Assembly: GCA_946186125.1 (NCBI GenBank)
Contig: CAMHLZ010000002.1
Location: 22,930 to 86,929 of the forward strand
Direction: 5' to 3'
Source of the DNA: an uncultured Lachnospira sp.
Lineage (GTDB): Bacteria; Bacillota; Clostridia; Lachnospirales; Lachnospiraceae
DNA length: 64,000 nt
Part shown: piece after piece, positions 60,092 through 64,000 of the stretch
How the letters are laid out: the number at the start of each line of letters is the position of its first letter
How positions within the stretch are numbered: the first letter of the stretch is position 1
Notes under the pieces: generated by a model
Told to the model about the DNA's origin: nothing
Database searches by the model: none
The model's input: the letters and a program-made list of their open reading frames with translations, nothing else
Made by a program: the position numbers and the translations under genes

Positions 60092-60352
60092 ATCTCATTT
60101 CATCCTTCCATAATTCATTGTTTTTCCCGACACCTTGATTATAACAGCAAATCCTTATTTGAAAAGACCCAAAAACACTTTTCTACATTTCAGCACAAAA
60201 CTCACTTTTATTTTCACCATTTATACATAAATATATACAAAAAACTGCCACAATTGTCTTTATTTGGTAATCAAAATTGACTTTTTATCACTTTTTAACA
60301 CAATTCAAACTTTCCTGTTTCTTTTTTATTGAATATATCATAATTTAATAAA

Positions 60353-60381
60353 TTGACGAATCAAACGGATTGCTTTACAAT
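60353..60381 (+). promoter_or_regulatory. Candidate leuS promoter
   Basis: TTGACG (60353-60358), 17-nt spacer, TACAAT (60376-60381). This leaves a 5' UTR of about 40 nt. Confidence 0.5.
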
Positions 60382-60429
60382 ACTCTTATGAATAATTCTA
60401 TAATTATCAAAACGAAGCGAGGTTAGATT

Positions 60430-62847
60430 ATGAAAACACAATACATTCCAAAGAAGATTGAAAGAAAGTGGCAGACTATCTGGGAAGATGAAAAGGCATT
60501 TGCTGCAACCTGCGACTACACAAAGCCTAAGTTCTATGCCCTTGTTGAATTTCCTTATCCTTCAGGACAGGGATTACACGTCGGACATCCAAGACCTTAT
60601 ACTGCTTTGGATATTGTAGCACGTAAAAAAAGAATGCAGGGATATAATGTTCTTTATCCTATGGGTTGGGACGCATTTGGACTTCCTACAGAAAATTATG
60701 CTATAAAAAATAAAATTCATCCACAAATCGTTACTAAGAACAATGTTCAGAGATTCAAGGAACAGCTTCAGTCTTTGGGATATTCTTTTGACTGGGATCG
60801 TGAGATTAATACAACTGATCCTGACTATTATAAATGGACACAGTGGATTTTCTTAAAGTTATTCAAAGCCGGTCTTGCTTATAAAAAAGAGATGCCTATC
60901 AACTGGTGCACCTCATGCAAGGTAGGTCTTGCAAATGAAGAAGTCGTAAATGGTGTCTGTGAACGTTGCGGAAGCGAGGTTGTCCGCAAGGTTAAAAGCG
61001 AATGGATGCTCAAGATAACAGAATATGCTGACAAACTTATCGAAGGATTAGACGGCGTCGATTATATCGAGAAAGTAAAAGTGTCTCAGAAAAACTGGAT
61101 TGGACGTTCTGAAGGCGCAGAGGTCGATTTCTCACTCAAAGATAAGGAAGACAAGTTACGTGTATACACTACCCGTCCTGACACGTTATTCGGAGCTACT
61201 TATATGGTTGTTTCTCCTGAGCATCCGTATATCGACAAATACAAAGACGAGATTACTAACTGGGATGAAATCATGGCTTATCGTGAAGCAGCTGCAAAAA
61301 AATCCGACTTTGAGCGTACCGAACTTGCAAAAGATAAAACCGGTGTTGTGTTAGGCGGAATCACAGCTATTAATCCTGTCAACAACAAAGAAATTCCTAT
61401 CTGGATTTCTGATTATGTATTAATGACATATGGTACAGGAGCAATTATGGCAGTTCCTGCACATGATGACAGAGACTGGGATTTTGCAAAAAAATTCAAT
61501 CTTCCAATTATACAGGTTGTAGAAGGCACACAGGGAGATGTCGATGTAAATGAAGCTGCATTTACGGATGTTGCTACCGGAAAATTGATTAATTCTGACT
61601 TTTTAAATGGTCTTGATGTTACAGATGCAAAAGAAAAGATGAAAGATTTCCTTGAAGAAAAAGGTATTGGTAACAGAAAGGTCAATTACAAATTAAGAGA
61701 CTGGGTATTCTCAAGACAGCGTTACTGGGGCGAGCCTATACCAATCGTACATTGTGAAAAATGCGGATATGTTCCTCTTGATGAGTCCGAATTACCATTG
61801 ATGCTTCCTGAAGTTGACAGTTATATGCCAACTGATAACGGTGAATCACCACTTGCAGCCATGACAGACTGGGTAAATACTATCTGTCCTTGCTGTGGAG
61901 GTCCTGCAAAGCGTGAAACTGACACTATGCCACAGTGGGCCGGTTCTTCTTGGTATTTCTTACGTTATACAGACCCTTGCAATGATGAAGCTTTAGCTAG
62001 TCCTGAGGCACTTAAATACTGGCTTCCGGTTGACTGGTATAACGGTGGAATGGAGCACACTACGCTCCACTTGCTTTATTCACGTTTTTGGCATAAGTTC
62101 TTATATGATAACAAGATTGTTCCTACATCTGAGCCTTACCAGAAGAGAACTTCCCACGGTATGATTCTCGGAGAGAACGGAGAAAAGATGTCAAAATCGC
62201 GTGGAAATGTTGTCAATCCTGATGATATTGTAAACGAATTCGGTGCAGACACACTTCGTACCTACGAAATGTTTATCGGAGCTTTCGATCTGAGTGCTTC
62301 ATGGTCAAATGACGGTGTTAAAGGATGCCGCCGTTTCTTAGACAGAGTATGGAAGTTACAGGATATTTTAACAGATGAAACAGGTTATTCAAAAGAGTTA
62401 GAGACAAAGATGCACCAGACTATCAAAAAGGTATCTTATGATTTTGAAAATCTTAAGTATAACACTGCTATCGCAGCAATGATGAGTCTGATTAATGATT
62501 TCTACAAAGTTGGAAAAGTGACAAAGGATGAATTTAAGACACTTATTACACTCCTTAATCCTGTTGCGCCTCATATGACTGAAGAGCTTTGGGAACTTTG
62601 CGGCTTTGAAGGTAGACTTTACAATACGGCATGGCCTGAATATGATGAGGCTAAAACTGTTGAATCTACAGTTGAAATTGCCGTACAGATTAACGGTAAG
62701 ACAAAGGCGACTATCGCAATTAATAAGGACGATGCTAAAGAAGTTGTTATTCCTAAGGCTAAGGAGGCTATCGCTGACAAGCTTACGGGAAATGTTGTAA
62801 AAGAGATTTATGTTCCGGGCAGAATTGTTAATATCGTAATGAAATAA
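60430..62847 (+). CDS. leuS: Leucine--tRNA ligase
   Basis: 805 aa. HIGH-type motif [18 protein letters not shown] motif and a CP1 editing domain. Confidence 0.97.
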   Translation: MKTQYIPKKIERKWQTIWEDEKAFAATCDYTKPKFYALVEFPYPSGQGLHVGHPRPYTALDIVARKKRMQGYNVLYPMGWDAFGLPTENYAIKNKIHPQIVTKNNVQRFKEQLQSLGYSFDWDREINTTDPDYYKWTQWIFLKLFKAGLAYKKEMPINWCTSCKVGLANEEVVNGVCERCGSEVVRKVKSEWMLKITEYADKLIEGLDGVDYIEKVKVSQKNWIGRSEGAEVDFSLKDKEDKLRVYTTRPDTLFGATYMVVSPEHPYIDKYKDEITNWDEIMAYREAAAKKSDFERTELAKDKTGVVLGGITAINPVNNKEIPIWISDYVLMTYGTGAIMAVPAHDDRDWDFAKKFNLPIIQVVEGTQGDVDVNEAAFTDVATGKLINSDFLNGLDVTDAKEKMKDFLEEKGIGNRKVNYKLRDWVFSRQRYWGEPIPIVHCEKCGYVPLDESELPLMLPEVDSYMPTDNGESPLAAMTDWVNTICPCCGGPAKRETDTMPQWAGSSWYFLRYTDPCNDEALASPEALKYWLPVDWYNGGMEHTTLHLLYSRFWHKFLYDNKIVPTSEPYQKRTSHGMILGENGEKMSKSRGNVVNPDDIVNEFGADTLRTYEMFIGAFDLSASWSNDGVKGCRRFLDRVWKLQDILTDETGYSKELETKMHQTIKKVSYDFENLKYNTAIAAMMSLINDFYKVGKVTKDEFKTLITLLNPVAPHMTEELWELCGFEGRLYNTAWPEYDEAKTVESTVEIAVQINGKTKATIAINKDDAKEVVIPKAKEAIADKLTGNVVKEIYVPGRIVNIVMK

Positions 62848-62894
62848 TATTTAATTGAATATACTTATATCAATCAATCGTTTCAGGTGATGGT

Positions 62895-63482
62895 TTGCTT
62901 AATTATTTATGGGGCTTTATGATAATTCTAGGAATTATATATGGAGCTTTCACCGGACACATTGCAGATATATCAAACGGCTTCTTGGATTCATCTAAAG
63001 AGGCCGTAACTCTTTGTATTAGTATGTTAGGCATTATGGGATTTTGGAACGGTATGATGGAGGCTGCATCTTCCTGCGGAATAATTGCCGGCTTGAGCAG
63101 GTTTATTTCTCCATTGACGAAATTTCTTTTTCCGAACCTACCAAAAGACCACAAAAGCAGAAATTATATTACAACTAATATTATAGCCAATATCCTTGGG
63201 CTTGGCTGGGCAGCTACACCCGCAGGACTTAAAGCGATGGAGTCGCTTGCAGAATTAAAAAAGAATTCTGATATTGCATCCTGCGAAGCAAGCGATGAAA
63301 TGTGTACTTTTTTGATACTGAACATTTCATCTTTGCAATTGATTCCCGTAAATATCATATGTTACAGAAATCAGTATGGCGCAGTTAATCCGGCAAATAT
63401 TACTATTCCAGCTTTACTTGCAACTGCAGTCAGCACTGTTACCGCGATGATATACTGCAAAGTTAAAATCTGTAAAAAATAA
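62895..63482 (+). CDS. spmA: Nucleoside-recognition-domain membrane protein, spore maturation protein A-like
   Basis: TTG start after an AGGTGA RBS. The MLNYLWGFMIILGIIYGAFTG start and 195-aa size match SpmA. Confidence 0.7.
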   Translation: MLNYLWGFMIILGIIYGAFTGHIADISNGFLDSSKEAVTLCISMLGIMGFWNGMMEAASSCGIIAGLSRFISPLTKFLFPNLPKDHKSRNYITTNIIANILGLGWAATPAGLKAMESLAELKKNSDIASCEASDEMCTFLILNISSLQLIPVNIICYRNQYGAVNPANITIPALLATAVSTVTAMIYCKVKICKK

Positions 63483-63483
63483 T

Positions 63484-63519
63484 ATCAGCCTCCTCATACA
63501 AAAATATGAGGAGGCTGAT
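63484..63519. terminator. Bidirectional terminator
   Basis: ATCAGCCTCCTCATA-CAAAAA-TATGAGGAGGCTGAT, a perfect 15-bp stem. Confidence 0.85.
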
Positions 63520-63520
63520 A

Positions 63521-64000
63521 TTATTTCTCTATTACATAGCAATTCTTGCCCTGAGCCTTTGCTGTTTTAAGCGCCTTCTTGCTTTTATTGTACAATACTG
63601 TGTAATTGTTATTTTTTTCATCACATCTGCATACACCTATTGAACTGGTTACATAAGCTCCATCCATTTCCACTACCAGATCGTCAATCAATTTATCCAT
63701 TCTGTTTTTAAGACTTTCTTCCGTGAATTTCCCCTCAAGGAATACGCAAAATTCATCTCCACCCGAATGTGATATAAATTCTTCCCGTCTAAACGAACCT
63801 TTTAACACTTCTACAATCTTTTTGATAATGTTTCCACCTGTACTGTAACCTTTTTTCTCTGATATACTTTTAAAATCATCTATATCAATTACTATAAACA
63901 CAGCATCCTTAGGTCCTTCCTTCTTCGAAAACAGGAAGACTTGTGATTCCATTCCTTTTTGATTGTAAAATCCCGTTGCAGGATCCAGCAATGTTTTTTC
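63521..64000 (-). CDS. GGDEF-domain diguanylate cyclase, N-terminus outside window
   Basis: The frame stays open to the window end (EKTLLDPATGFYNQKG). It has a canonical GGDEF site, SHSGGDEFCVFL. Confidence 0.8.
   Translation of the reverse strand, partial: EKTLLDPATGFYNQKGMESQVFLFSKKEGPKDAVFIVIDIDDFKSISEKKGYSTGGNIIKKIVEVLKGSFRREEFISHSGGDEFCVFLEGKFTEESLKNRMDKLIDDLVVEMDGAYVTSSIGVCRCDEKNNNYTVLYNKSKKALKTAKAQGKNCYVIEK

Noticed and set aside
60092-60429. 338-nt region upstream of leuS, checked for a Leu T-box. The short regions upstream of proS and metG were checked too.
   Set aside because: There is no GGTGGTACCGC-like T-box core, specifier stem or terminator. A good promoter at 60353-60381 leaves only about 40 nt of leader. 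The rest is the divergent promoter region of the Cache-GGDEF gene.
1-64000. Scan for CRISPR arrays, tRNA/rRNA genes, transposases, integrases and prophage blocks.
   Set aside because: I found no regularly spaced direct repeats, no tRNA-like or rRNA-like GC-rich structured segments in the intergenic regions, and no recombinase-like ORFs.

Overview
Low-GC Firmicutes chromosome, Clostridia/Lachnospiraceae-like and apparently a spore former (SipL-like, CotS, YtvI-like, SpmA and DacB-like genes). It is mostly core housekeeping. I saw no rRNA, tRNA, CRISPR array, transposase or integrase.

Recognisable content:
- A T-box-controlled trpEGDCBA operon, with trpF about 40 kb away and a TrpB2 paralogue at the window start.
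- metK behind a SAM-I riboswitch.
- Three aminoacyl-tRNA synthetase genes (proS, metG, leuS), none with a T-box.
- The metG-tatD-rsmA block, cca, tadA, murA, ldh, ugd and a reverse rubrerythrin.
- A MacAB-like tripartite efflux operon.
- Cell-wall enzymes: an S11 carboxypeptidase, a GH25 muramidase with FN3 modules, and an M23/LysM peptidase.
- A 1422-aa Ig-like surface protein next to a GT-C-like membrane protein.
- Five c-di-GMP-domain proteins, three with degenerate catalytic motifs.

The best candidate for an accessory or novel system is a single AT-rich gene (55936..57798). It encodes an ABC-type ATPase fused to a Toprim/DUF4435-like nuclease domain (OLD-family or fused PARIS AriA-AriB-like). 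It carries an unusual four-cysteine insertion and sits between an M23 peptidase gene and a flavin reductase gene.

All assignments come from reading motifs in the translations and the DNA by eye. No database search was run.
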